Shown here: positions 45,101-52,463 of the stretch, piece after piece
Numbering within the stretch: the first letter of the stretch is position 1
Layout: each line of letters opens with the position of its first letter
Assembly (NCBI GenBank): GCA_023334545.1
Contig: JAADVB010000010.1
Coordinates: forward strand, 62,001-126,000
Source: Salisapilia sapeloensis CBS 127946
Lineage: Eukaryota > Protista > Oomycota
Reading direction: 5' to 3'
Length of the DNA stretch: 64,000 nt
Made by a program: the position numbers and the translations under genes
The notes under the pieces: generated by a model
What the model was told of the DNA's origin: nothing
The model's input: only the letters and a program-made list of their open reading frames with translations
The model's database searches: none

Positions 45101-47213
45101 CTACTTGATCCGCTATATATGGCACCTTTGTCAGCACAGCAACTCGAGAAGTATGGCCAAGTGCACATTGCCCATTGTCATTGTATCCGCATGCATACAC
45201 TTCTCCATTCGCTGTCAAGGCAAGTGTATGCTCATTTCCTGCACATACTTGTACTACTTCCTTATGCTGCAACTTTTCCACAAGCCCAAATGTCTTCCGA
45301 GTAATAGTGTCTCCATGACCTAGCTCACCGTACGAATTCTGCCCGCAGCTCCACACCTCGCGTTTTTCACTCTGATCTGGTTCAAACAGCTTAGCAAACT
45401 TGCTTGAAGCGTTTGCTGGGGTGCGAAGGCGTTGATGTGGCCGAGATAACTGGCGTAATTTTACCTTTGGTGCTGCATCTAGTGTCACTAAGACAGGCAA
45501 TATGTCTAGCGGATCAAGTACTAGACAAGCTGCAAAACTCCGTGCTGCTTTCTTCTTGCGTTCAACTAACGATAGCAATGACGTCGCATCGTGCACTTGA
45601 GAAGTCAAAGAAATATTTCTTTCATTTCCTCCGACATTGTTTGCTTCCGATGTTGTACCTTGCTCATCCTCAACTCTCATGCCTTCCTTCCTCTTCGAAG
45701 GTGTATTGGACATTGCAGTCAGCTTTTGCTGTGTTGCTTGTGGCGATGAAGCGAAATGAACAGAAGTAGTCGAGCTAATGTTACCCACGAGTTTTGGTAC
45801 GAACCCCTTTGGTAAGGCCTTGCGTTTGACCTGGTTTAATAGCTCTTTAGTACTGCAAGGGAGCGCTGTGTTCATGTTCTCTGCTTGGTCTCTTTTAAAA
45901 GAGGAAGAGTCTTGTACTACGTTTTTGGAATCTAGATTTACTTTATTGTCTCCAGTGACATTCTGCCGGTCCAGGTGCGACAAGGCATCCTTACTTTGTT
46001 GCCATTGATTTTCACCTCGCGCGAGGCATGGAAGTGTATCTAATGCAGACATAGAACATGAGAGTGGAGAGAACACTGCCGGGCGATTCGTGTCTCGATT
46101 ATCACTGCCCTGTGGTTTGTTGTGAACGCCCAATAGTACAGATACCACCATTAAGAAATCATTCACGGATCCAGTCGCTGATGCAAGGTAGACTAAGCAG
46201 TTCACAGCAATTGTTCGGTCATGTACGCTCTCTTCGGACTCTTTCTCAATATAGCTGTTGCTCTGCGCTGAAGCATAATCTACACTGCTTTCATCCTGGC
46301 AAATTTGTAGAAGGAAACGTTGGACGACTTCCAAGGCCTTTTGAGCCCACCATTCGTCGTACCTACTATTTGCTTCTGACAGAGATCGTTCTGTATGATC
46401 GCTTGATAAAGAAAGCGGTTGAAACTTCGTCACAGTGCGAGATATTTCCATCAAGGCTTCCTGTCTGCTCGCTGAATTGTTGGACGTTGGATCGACGAGA
46501 GAGCTGAGCATCTTCAGCGATACACGGGCAGCCATCGCAGCATCACTCCTCGACCTTGCACCTGACTGCATCGCTTCGTGTGAACCAGTGTGGCTGCTAG
46601 GTCGTCCAGATGGGAATCCCGACGTTTTTGATGATTGAAACACGTCGGTTGATTGGTGGCCTATCTCTTTCTTCATTGCCGTATCAGCTTCATGAAGCTT
46701 ACGAGAGATGAGCACTTCCATGTGTTCGTCATACTTCTTCCCGAGCCGAAGCGTGTCCTGCTGCAAAACAGTAGACTCAAATATCTTTTTCATGACATTC
46801 TGTTGGAGTGCCAAGAGAACATGAAAAGGTTGTGGTGTTTCAACCTCTTTCATCGTTTCCTTGAGACCGAACATCATCAATGCCACCTTTTCATGCTGGT
46901 CAAAGTGACCAAACACAGCGACAGTACAGAGCAAATCCAGTGCCTGCATTTGTCCATCCATTGACTGTCCATCCCATGACCATGAAAGCTCTTTGCTACA
47001 ACCTCCTTTTGTCTTCTTAGCTAACAAGCGTTCAAACCAGTCACGACTTTTATCTTCGTTCGCAAACAGCATCTTCAATATGTGTTTCCCAACATCTCGC
47101 TGATCCTCCGAAGTAGGTTTTGTATGTGAGTGCTTTAGCACAAATTGAATGTCCTCGAGCTGACCAAGGTGCATCCTGCTCCATCGGGCATCAGCTTTCG
47201 ACCGAGACTCCAT
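33195..47213 (-). CDS. Giant HERC-like E3 ubiquitin ligase (RCC1 repeats, ConA/LamG-like, UBA, SPRY, HECT)
   Basis: 4672-aa single ORF. RCC1 repeats (GQNSYGELG, GRNDYGQLG) at about 45.35-44.2 kb; LamG-like (FSMTMWLY) about 40.0-39.4 kb; UBA (MMMGFPEEW) about 37.6 kb; SPRY (GDVIGVHLD) about 36.1-35.7 kb; HECT (FEGEGVDDYGGPYRE..KSHTCFF) about 34.5-33.2 kb. Confidence 0.93.
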   Translation of the reverse strand: MESRSKADARWSRMHLGQLEDIQFVLKHSHTKPTSEDQRDVGKHILKMLFANEDKSRDWFERLLAKKTKGGCSKELSWSWDGQSMDGQMQALDLLCTVAVFGHFDQHEKVALMMFGLKETMKEVETPQPFHVLLALQQNVMKKIFESTVLQQDTLRLGKKYDEHMEVLISRKLHEADTAMKKEIGHQSTDVFQSSKTSGFPSGRPSSHTGSHEAMQSGARSRSDAAMAARVSLKMLSSLVDPTSNNSASRQEALMEISRTVTKFQPLSLSSDHTERSLSEANSRYDEWWAQKALEVVQRFLLQICQDESSVDYASAQSNSYIEKESEESVHDRTIAVNCLVYLASATGSVNDFLMVVSVLLGVHNKPQGSDNRDTNRPAVFSPLSCSMSALDTLPCLARGENQWQQSKDALSHLDRQNVTGDNKVNLDSKNVVQDSSSFKRDQAENMNTALPCSTKELLNQVKRKALPKGFVPKLVGNISSTTSVHFASSPQATQQKLTAMSNTPSKRKEGMRVEDEQGTTSEANNVGGNERNISLTSQVHDATSLLSLVERKKKAARSFAACLVLDPLDILPVLVTLDAAPKVKLRQLSRPHQRLRTPANASSKFAKLFEPDQSEKREVWSCGQNSYGELGHGDTITRKTFGLVEKLQHKEVVQVCAGNEHTLALTANGEVYACGYNDNGQCALGHTSRVAVLTKVPYIADQVVTSVHAYNGCEHTVFLTQDGQAATSGYNYRGQLGHGNSASEYSPRIIRSLISKKVKLVSCSYYHTIVTCESFYYSESVYTFGRNDYGQLGLGDMNDRREPQPVIALGGQAVASISCGQYHSAVVTTSGDLYTFGKNDYGQIGEESLELQSIPKRVPVKGLLTEQCAQVSCGYYHSIVKCASGSLYGFGRNDYGQLGLGESILPNGKNEHQQRVLRPQRIESLSDKDITQVSCGCYHTVATSSNGVLYVFGRNNHGQLGTGDTIERLSPVAIEDFVGKRVAMVATGFYHTIVLTGGIDEESASGDKGGGDPKMDSGSTTGNYTASGLSKPPQTFINYSWILANENVQAFLRNTGQESISSLHSGSDERSPLTSLGYNAEVTTSFIDATTMPNDHHEVPVIQDTLLTTAPTSSVPPVNNECDSAESNQAIPALKSDSVFIAVFLVAELERISDELASRSLPTRMEHLSEYDTEKIRWNDASQVQKAHWHWPLPGLFEPYAVHAKSLTFETLVVLIEHVWNYDIDALRGVQELLTTQKQTYQNRPQASSDELCELQFYLLNACIKLVHCNIITLLRSGGARAFILLSKAHSAQSESTKEVHTDTSVMLRLRDLLLALANSNGDALYNEQELTPDTDWTSTVTKSSMKALMAGFELFFPCPCAKFQFILQAVSSDGDPRYHGKETENKCTLLNWHIKQAVPMGNVLRVQVLQQVCENMSVAELLPFFSQNTREEGQMNNANTLDVVGDSVDMLKPIYVAVVDQLMKQFIKELDEGLNAAIPLSTDTASKEVEAGATFLLGILKHLTSTAVTIKSWGSLHLGDENASEASVSEKLSSVIVNAFRFDLKDMASIPSELKCFIGFATRILQSCCDVFLHLSSVGGFADFNGEGYMKPMGDKRRHLESFIEATVESSIVGGVLPTLLRCLSNFSSRPLVSAALLPVLKILLRLLVRFNSTSSKAKQYEGHCHAKLNLPERKSTLLAELSTCRALPWNVQLERLTASIAANCAITIMQGDPLHAKDANADSIYGSVLANSKQLLRGGIQSEFLRNSLPGCNFSQEVVHATFQDLYECTSTSWEAHVQSMKLVVPPPRFITTGTHVWKHGASNFPFVNVDTYADVFNHSSTTQFLLCLSGEHRKGSELAGPHCCAAAARVCDWVRREYSRTNLSYRMLARTTLNSSVDCISVDCKLENAMFAALVVHTDLVAQCMHFVLGRSDAGLPIPGQCPKAFLHLWKTVASLRRTVASQATEIKNNGDFSQLSSLVNDQVFKMKEQVMKRCILLSLLENRDADEHRCNELDGGYVAPFDSGYISCTGNGYATSQEGSVKYHMCATYTDNELPFLFAYPNSRWKIVRTLVHVLTRWKSFIRYPVSTVNVDNAILAFAVSDADASSPSFLNSVLVDPLRRRSCSVQGIQHLIELMRLPRHKSVRLDIYEQVVTYLFSVYIPSVDALYVEDGSLFFAELHRNALFDLLCYVVECIRSEMKTLREAETPASIPHACVLLVRMLQCWSIRLTEETFVLVADSGILELLADLLEALKGIKTWLETLSKSEKSVPSDILTANTAINKLECTAWELFQHIYLQFTDQKQIRDGSTRKLQRPVYAMPNAVMDLLYMKMLDTLQESSGSKDQKRASTPSMPEAIPPILPSQPTLRRSFELIRRPCKFHQLRKGFIVPYNELLAPKVRPEEKDTCPPMAPLCKPNTFSMTMWLYIDERPAPSNMTNFFDSSEDYRLVFFRGNAQELSPYLLLRPEGGAEWYLELGLVRSPSSALNTENISTTGTIWERLVSKNPVMGHMWIHIGIVVEGMKLRLYVNGIPDSQLTLSPELLTSWSTANVDLPFHFGRIPSDVLKDSDELTEKNSVFGAIRRLLSSANLRKSENDDAKSSRDSHDSFNIQSFTGFLNHFRFHNRALSPIHVRIVHDEYKPILDGAGKKSNSYLEDIVKSKGQYQVAYDLSCILSVLAPSSEGIAYFSNAGSKWTTMLWKLFAHVNSLPVRQTILKALQSLLTLQTPGDASKAMRQSFYANVPACFYSKDSICIQSILQIIGFSLSGELNPTAVDANDEKSSTSLDFLSSYLKSYNDQEDMKDESLPWTSRANSSSIALKSLVAKELILLLQQLYKSSSKWSEAIKQVLQNTLSDRSNVQERLFYRINGITIERSQVERAEVVAALSVANTVLETLRPGSTVYLAGTDKYATLIAVQNTNQDTPMPPSPLPKWFQSRDCTIGAIVLHEECNISNLELNGWCENVDQQLRTLEQQMHRSGSNNKDSIASRCRWVNIDDLEPIHPLLDPVPIKATQPSKCATDGLSCLNFLVEEVIEYQSGDDPFKFISHLQARRLWMKALAHSVSNSKTAPNADELKSYRNIVWKLALETGQVHQFCTLTELEHKLSLLHLQLLSISDDLQEEGSFELAKCLLNKTEEPSVKLHPSGIFKVEQVGNRHSFSLNLQIDTSSYDMELPKNESDGNSNGSANADDVGEDDDLSNSDDSEDDMDDEETQAEFIEELMMMGFPEEWCTLALKQTGNDIVSASAWIVDNLDYLTRMQFSLEKRGQDEMDASTMFNDDDDDTDESKDEKTMQVLTPYPEQCIPTIESKQTVGILHDIETGRRTFGEMYFPFEEGGYRSNDLTTFFTKWRSTVAEAQLGSKRKITGNTSPVKPRSPERFENQKKDQSSLPLHAVLREFDEEVKQMSMQTLVAQLLTFEKMAVILYARKTLVHSFSLYSDQGGHTKEDFVQLFQLCKAVLFRGDQFSSHVHSAIDKETSCSTRSSAYDILSGVLQRIIKDDGKSALECGMDMCLNELEMALNGTEYEAYVWTQRGLDLCDVDAMQQPSVELSVWMLDIFLEACHDQKVWDTSQCRKWLTRLEKLLSTSNVSLKCITIHTLSQLLRICGKVESSFVESWIRESNLSYAEVLQAANARHDRELVQDRSIFSLYLQAYIELLYVIRKSDAESNFPCLTDAYDQSIQFLPPLEASPLSERHLQFDRKKARSPLLTISDNGSTVSYTGSELWKTVCAAQKFSSGSHTWEVRIERSSCAYLFIGVADSKRVNVDSFLGSDTFSWGYIGDQALYYQRSRVRSYGEHFGEGDVIGVHLDCEKGTLSFAKNGVIFGTAFENIVGEVCPAVALYSRNQRVSFVIDATDEENVNPDDRMKVGKENNIEHCVVICEMMESRWNANVMNANIVKAAFEFTQQWLFGNKRYVKTRSGDGLWVDVGETCCQVFGFQVGERVKTLRGDGRVAGVANDRLWVDIDGEDGAWFFHPSKLQSISSNSEALDEKAAKSTDSIEQAGIVATNITERKAVNDTEANEKSACANSHVAVDNVFDSSSVITLEVFNTAINEHQGRLGKDESLMHAVNEHCDKKGVVPWNLSASEVLSLLDINANRQVEDNSKLNASWTEKDIALLSRFGLLRYLNWCFSHVVAYFDLTWNYFNPKTSFLPSQLLANCRELLFTTIKHDAFNELSTKTAHATRHGDDDYDYPEDLPQILLNRPKAATAKCHPGTMESLMMSLVGQTFEQLHFLPIRSLRMLYSHPMDDGQWRSFKVKFEGEGVDDYGGPYREFFSQFFAELQELDLTSIDTATSKKDKIDTSVKKCLLPFFLPCPNWRNSVGDNREKFVLNAGLVSDERNERMSETQQLYGEMFHFIGQMLAIGLRTGICIRLDLAGAVWRQLVGVSSAEQDDEAVLRDMQETDQSAYTLWTALKRISIEYDELEADDSDQSTRRKHELDEEVMCMDLFFTTCLSDGSEKVLCYQGEDLQVTTANLKDYLSAVLRARQGEMAKVINIIKQGIHSILPVTALHLYTWTELEARVCGSDEIDINLLKENTEYDEDLSAEHVVVQRFWRVLMDMDNSDKRAFLRFVWARARLPTNSSQFHQKFKIQLLSVSTGSETAREKTEETKAKKVDMDIQLPKSHTCFFALQLPSYTTDEICRQRLQYAIHNCVEMDGDFRLGETEMTGWSGIDPSDQLRF

Positions 47214-47478
47214 GCTAGTGAAAAATTAATTTCCACTTGATGTTAGATCCTTTGCAATGTCTGTTGGGCAGACGGTTGGCATGCGGCGTTGGGCCTACGT
47301 AACGGAAAGTTTATATTTTTATCTTTTCAGCACGCACAACCAAGGTCGTTTCTATTTAAAATATAACAGCTTTGGAAAGAAGAGTCCCTTCGGCGAAAAG
47401 TTGATCTATCAACTCCGAATATTCCCCATATTGGCTTCTCCACGACCTTCTCGTTAGTCAAATTAGCTGCTGTTCGGT

Positions 47479-49340
47479 ATGGCAACAATCAAACCAAGCA
47501 CGCAAACCCGAGGCAACTCAAGTGGAGATCAAGATTCGTCCAGCGCATATACAAGTGGTGGACTATGGAATCTTTTCAACCGCGTGAAGAATAAATGGCT
47601 TGGCGTCCAGGTTTACAATCTTGGATCATACTCGATTGAGCGGTTGCAGTTGTTTCATGACTATTGCATAAACACATCTCGGCTTCGGGTGACTCTTGTA
47701 TGCATAGCTTCGCCCTTGCCCACGCTTGCAATGATATTGCTCATGGAATTGATTGACTTGCAAGACCCGTATGCTGATTGGAAAGAACACCTGGTAATCT
47801 ACTGCCGGACGTTCTTTTGGGGCATTGCCATCCTCGCTGGAGCTGTGTACCAGTACATACCGTTCGACTTCCCGAGTCAACCTAGTCCACTATACGTGGT
47901 CATCTGCTCGGTCATCTACGGTGCAAGCTACTTTGCCCTGTTCGTGGCGATGGCGGCGTATTGGGTGTTTCCAGTGCCATTCGGTTTTATTATCGTCTCT
48001 CATGTCTGCGCTCCAATATGCGTCTTGATGATGGTCGGGGGAATTGGAATCGATGCGATCAAGAAGAATAAAAAAAAGGTTAAGTCCATGGTGAAGCAAG
48101 TCTGTCTTGCGGGGTGCCTCACACCAACCTACTCGATGTTCAACGCTTTCTTCCAGACCCAAGAGTCTGTCATGCAAACCTTACTCATCTTTGTCCTTCC
48201 TTTAATTAAATTAATGCTGAAAAACGCGATGGTGAAGGTCAATGCAGCACTCGGCGACGTCGTGCTGGAGACTGTTGTTTTCACAGTCGAACTGTTTAAT
48301 GCACTCTACATTTCCACCTGCATGCAAACAGCGAACTCGCCACTTACAGTCTTCATCGTTATATTCGTTGATGCTGGGCAATCCTTGTTATCTATCATTG
48401 AGATTTGGGAGTATACGAAAAATGTGCCCAGGCCAACTTCATCTTCTGCCGATGGAAAGCAATTTGATCTGGTGAAGTCTGCGCTTTGTCTATGCCAAGA
48501 TCCTCTGGTTCTAGACAAACTCCGAGCGAAAGGAGTTCGTTTCACTTCTAAACAGGAGCTGGTCAAGCCAATAGAATGGCACAATAAAAGGCTACCTTCG
48601 CGCACGTCTCTGGATCTCGGAAGCACGAGCGCCCCCATGAAGTCTACTTCGATAGTACCAGAGCCAATTTCAACTGATGTTGTTCCGATTGCCAAACAAA
48701 GTATGCCTACGTACAAAGTAGACACGAAGGCTGGCCCAGTAGCACCAGGACCAGTAGCACCAGGACCGGATTTCTCAATGGTCATGATGGAACAAATAAA
48801 CAAGTGGCCTGTGGAGAAAAAAGCGAAGATGGTGGGTGAAACTCTTCAGCTCATGTTCCATACAGAGTACCTTATCTGTGTCGAGTACATTGAGAGCATC
48901 ATTCCAGTCGTTTACATCTCTTACATGAGCACCCTCTTCCAACTTCCGAATGCACAATATTATCCCTACTCGAGAAACATGACATCTGACGATCTACGAA
49001 CGAGTGCTATTACCTTACTCCTGTACGCATTTTTGGAAGGCATATCCATGATCGTCCTGAGCTTTATTTTAAAACGACGATTTGGATACTCCTCCATGCA
49101 CCTCTTGGCATTCATGCTTGAACGACATTTTAATCAAATCCAAGGACGATTTTTCTCCTGGATCCCACTCATCCTGCAGTTTACGCTTGTCCATTACGGT
49201 AAGACATCTTTTCATTCCATATGTATCGTGCTTCTTACTACTCTATTGACAACATAGGGACCGATTACTCCTTTGAATTTCCGTGGATGAAGCAAGCACT
49301 GAATAGCACGTCAATTCCGACTGTCGACGAAGGACTCTGA
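47479..49340 (+). CDS. Oomycete-type uncharacterised multipass membrane protein
   Basis: Many TM segments; family-like motifs YSIERL..YC, VFPVPF, VELFNALY..CMQ, EYIESIIP, LAFMLE. Intron 49199-49257 leads to last exon GTDYSFEFPWMKQ..GL*. Confidence 0.75.
48736..48767 (+). repeat. 15-bp tandem duplication encoding PVAPG-PVAPG
   Basis: CCAGTAGCACCAGGA occurs twice in tandem within the large cytoplasmic loop. Confidence 0.8.
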
Positions 49341-49580
49341 GTAGATACACCTATACATACTAGCCTACCGACGCGATGCACCGTGTATAGCTTTCTTCGG
49401 ACCTATAGTTACATTAAACTAACAAGATGCATTCGTTCGCAGCACAACTCGTTTAAGAGACGATTAGCGCTTGTATTTGACTTGTCCACTATCGCTATCC
49501 CTTCGTGTGATGTGTCGTGACTCGCATAGCGTCATTTTACAATTAGCTAAACAGTTGTTGAAGTTGAGTACGTCACGCTT

Positions 49581-49621
49581 TCTAGGTTGCTGATGACACG
49601 AGCTCTAGGTTGCTGATGACA
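49581..49621 (+). repeat. 18-bp perfect direct repeat (23-nt period) upstream of the desaturase
   Basis: TCTAGGTTGCTGATGACA at 49581-49598 and 49604-49621. Confidence 0.85.
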
Positions 49622-49681
49622 TCAATCTCGGTAGCGACTTCATTTCTCGGTTCATTTGGGAAAACGCAAGCCAAGGAAGAG

Positions 49682-50671
49682 ATGGCCGAGTGGAAGTCGT
49701 ATTTGCAAAACGCCAATTGGCCCATGGTCTACTATATGACCTTGGTTCATATCGGTGCCGCGATTGGCATTGCATGTCTCTTCGACTGCCATTGGCGCAC
49801 CTATTGTATGGGACTTGCCTTTTACTATCTTAGCTGTGTCGGCATTACTGCTGGATCTCACCGGCTCTGGTCCCATCGATCATACAAGGCGCATGGCTCC
49901 GTCCGTTTTGCCCTCATGTTGTGCACGTGCATAGCCAACCAAGGAACTATCTTCCACTGGACTCGCGACCATCGCGTTCACCACAAGTATTCTGACACAC
50001 CCGCCGACCCACATAACTCAGGTCGAGGCTTCTTCTTTGCCCACATGGGTTGGTTGCTACAAAAGAAGTCGCCAGAGGTTACGGAAGCTGGTAAGAAACT
50101 CAAGTTCGACGACTTGTGGGACGACTGGGTCGTTGTCCTTCAAGAAAAGTGCAATCCTTGGGGACAAATGTTCATGTGCTTCCTCATGCCTACGTTGGTC
50201 ACAATGAAAGTGGCGGACGAATCATGGTTTAACGCGCTATTCGTTGCGGGTTTCCTCAAATATGCGCTGTCGCTTCATGCAACATGGTTGGTTAATAGTG
50301 CTGCCCACTTCTATGGCTACCAGCCTTACGCAGACATTCCACCCCGCGAAAACGCTTTCGTGTCGTTCTTTGCGATCGGAGAAGGATGGCACAACTGGCA
50401 TCACAAATTCCCATACGACTACGCTACGAGTGAGTTCGGGGCTTCTGAGCAGTACAATCCAACAAAACTCATGCTTGACTTCCTTGCGCAACTTGGACTA
50501 GTGTACGATCGTCGTCGTGCAACCCACATTTGGGAGGGAATGAAGAAGAAGAAGGCTTGTGAAGTTAAGCTTACAGCTGACGAAAAACTGAATGTAAAAG
50601 ACAAAGGTGTCGCCTCGAAAGCCGATGACGAAGTATCTGCATCTTCACCAGTCAAGGTCAAGTCAACCTAA
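49682..50671 (+). CDS. SCD: Delta-9 acyl-CoA desaturase (no cytochrome b5 fusion)
   Basis: His boxes HRLWSH, HRVHH, HNWHH; GITAG, DPHNSGRGFFFAHMGW, TWLVNSAAH, FPYDY. Intronless. Confidence 0.95.
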   Translation: MAEWKSYLQNANWPMVYYMTLVHIGAAIGIACLFDCHWRTYCMGLAFYYLSCVGITAGSHRLWSHRSYKAHGSVRFALMLCTCIANQGTIFHWTRDHRVHHKYSDTPADPHNSGRGFFFAHMGWLLQKKSPEVTEAGKKLKFDDLWDDWVVVLQEKCNPWGQMFMCFLMPTLVTMKVADESWFNALFVAGFLKYALSLHATWLVNSAAHFYGYQPYADIPPRENAFVSFFAIGEGWHNWHHKFPYDYATSEFGASEQYNPTKLMLDFLAQLGLVYDRRRATHIWEGMKKKKACEVKLTADEKLNVKDKGVASKADDEVSASSPVKVKST

Positions 50672-50957
50672 GACCAAGAGACATTGTCGAATCACAATGC
50701 ATATTTTTAATCAAGAGCATATCAACGCAACTGTAGCACCATGCCTGCAAGTACTTAACATGGAAATGCTCTTTAACTTTAAATCATCGATCTCTTCATC
50801 TTTATCAATATCTATCACCATGCATTTGTGTATATTGGTAAGAATGAGCACAGAATGCAAGGAAATGGGCATACTCGATTCTTATTCATCTGCTACTATT
50901 ATAATCTACCTAAGGGTACACGCAGCGTGTGCATCATTTTAAAATCTTGCAAGCGCG

Positions 50958-51293
50958 ATGCAGCTACCAGGTATATGTGCATTTGTACTGGTCTGTACCT
51001 TGTCGAGGATACCTCTATCGATAGGGACGTCTTACGATGCATATGAGGACTGTGCGCCAAGTCCCTCTATTTCGAGTGAGTTGGTGCCACCTTTGCCATT
51101 AGTGCTGGTATCAGGGCATTCAAAGAAACGAAAACTACCAGTCGGTCGAGTGCCTCCCACGCAACCTATCGCAACGACTGAGGAGTGGAATGAGACGCCG
51201 ATTGCAATACCAAGTAAGCCAGTCCGTGAAACGCAGCCTTGGATGGGGAGCAGCGACAGAGATGATGGTGATGACGACACTTCGATATCGTAA
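50958..51293 (+). CDS. Small hypothetical Pro-rich protein with NLS-like KKRK
   Basis: 111-codon ORF with a probable in-frame intron 50971-51024 (GTATAT..GATAG). No recognisable family. Confidence 0.35.
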   Translation: MQLPGICAFVLVCTLSRIPLSIGTSYDAYEDCAPSPSISSELVPPLPLVLVSGHSKKRKLPVGRVPPTQPIATTEEWNETPIAIPSKPVRETQPWMGSSDRDDGDDDTSIS

Positions 51294-51729
51294 CATAGCT
51301 TGTATTTCATAAACTTAAAATCGATTTTAACCGACAATCAGATATTTTGACGTCTAACTGTCCTGCTAGTTGGCTTTGTGCTAAATTTGGAATCTCTTGG
51401 CTTTGCAGCCAAGCTGGCTTTGACCTTGGATAAATATTGCTACACTAGCGGCCAAATATGTCATGCGTAGGCGAGGTCGCACCGACAAGCTTCGCCGTAT
51501 GCATGGACTATTAGAGAATTGGAAACCTAGAAAATAATGTGACTTTTGTAAAGTTTGGCTTTCTAGTCCGGATAAGACCCTTAGGTCAATTCCTCTTCAG
51601 AACTTTGAAAGCACCTGGCCAAGTGAGTTACTGAGTCGTCCTCGACACCCTCGCATCTTATTCTACCCTCAGGCTTTCAAAATGTTCATCATTATGCAAA
51701 TCGCATTCCAACTAGCAAGAAACCACAAG

Positions 51730-52197
51730 ATGAAGCTTATTCGACACGCACTTTTCGTATCTTTCGTGCTCGCGGCTTATGCCACGACTACAATCGAATC
51801 TACGAGCCTTCGACGCGTCGACGAAAGAGTAGACGATGCTGAGATGGACAACTATGGAACTCATTTAAGACAATTGGATGAAGATGGAAGCTACTTTAGC
51901 GACGACTTGGACTCCGATGTCGAAAATGAAAATCTTACCAGCGATGATGACTACGAATCGTATGATTCGGATGATTCCTCTTTCACCGAAATTGGAAGCA
52001 GCGTGGTTGGCGATGATGTCGAGATCGAAGTTGACAGCAAAGACGATGAAGATGTTGAGATCGAATATGAGGAAAGCGATATCGAAGAAGAAGAGCCATT
52101 GCGTATGTTGCACACAGCGAAGGAGGAACTTGGAAGTCCGACGATGAGGAAGGCAGCTGCGAAAAATGTTCCCATTTACCTAAATTACTATGTGTAA
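51730..52197 (+). CDS. Small secreted, highly acidic protein
   Basis: Signal peptide MKLIRHALFVSFVLAAYA, then SLRRVDER; the central 73 aa contain 35 D/E; ends KNVPIYLNYYV. Confidence 0.75.
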   Translation: MKLIRHALFVSFVLAAYATTTIESTSLRRVDERVDDAEMDNYGTHLRQLDEDGSYFSDDLDSDVENENLTSDDDYESYDSDDSSFTEIGSSVVGDDVEIEVDSKDDEDVEIEYEESDIEEEEPLRMLHTAKEELGSPTMRKAAAKNVPIYLNYYV

Positions 52198-52463
52198 CTT
52201 GAAGGTAGTTCAAGTGACGTGAGTTGTCAAGAAGATTGATGTCGAATGTTTTGTAGCGGTGTGGACTGCATGCGTCGAGACAAAGGTGTGAATGTAAACG
52301 AAGTTTGTACTCCCAGGATTCGTTCTTGTTTGGCTTGCAATATGCTATAAATAGTTAGATTATGTTTGGCATCTCCTTGATAATGTAGTAGGATGCGAAA
52401 CCGCTAAGATTGAAATTGCCTTAAATCATCAGAGGCTGAGAAAGCTGCAAGTGGCATTTACGA

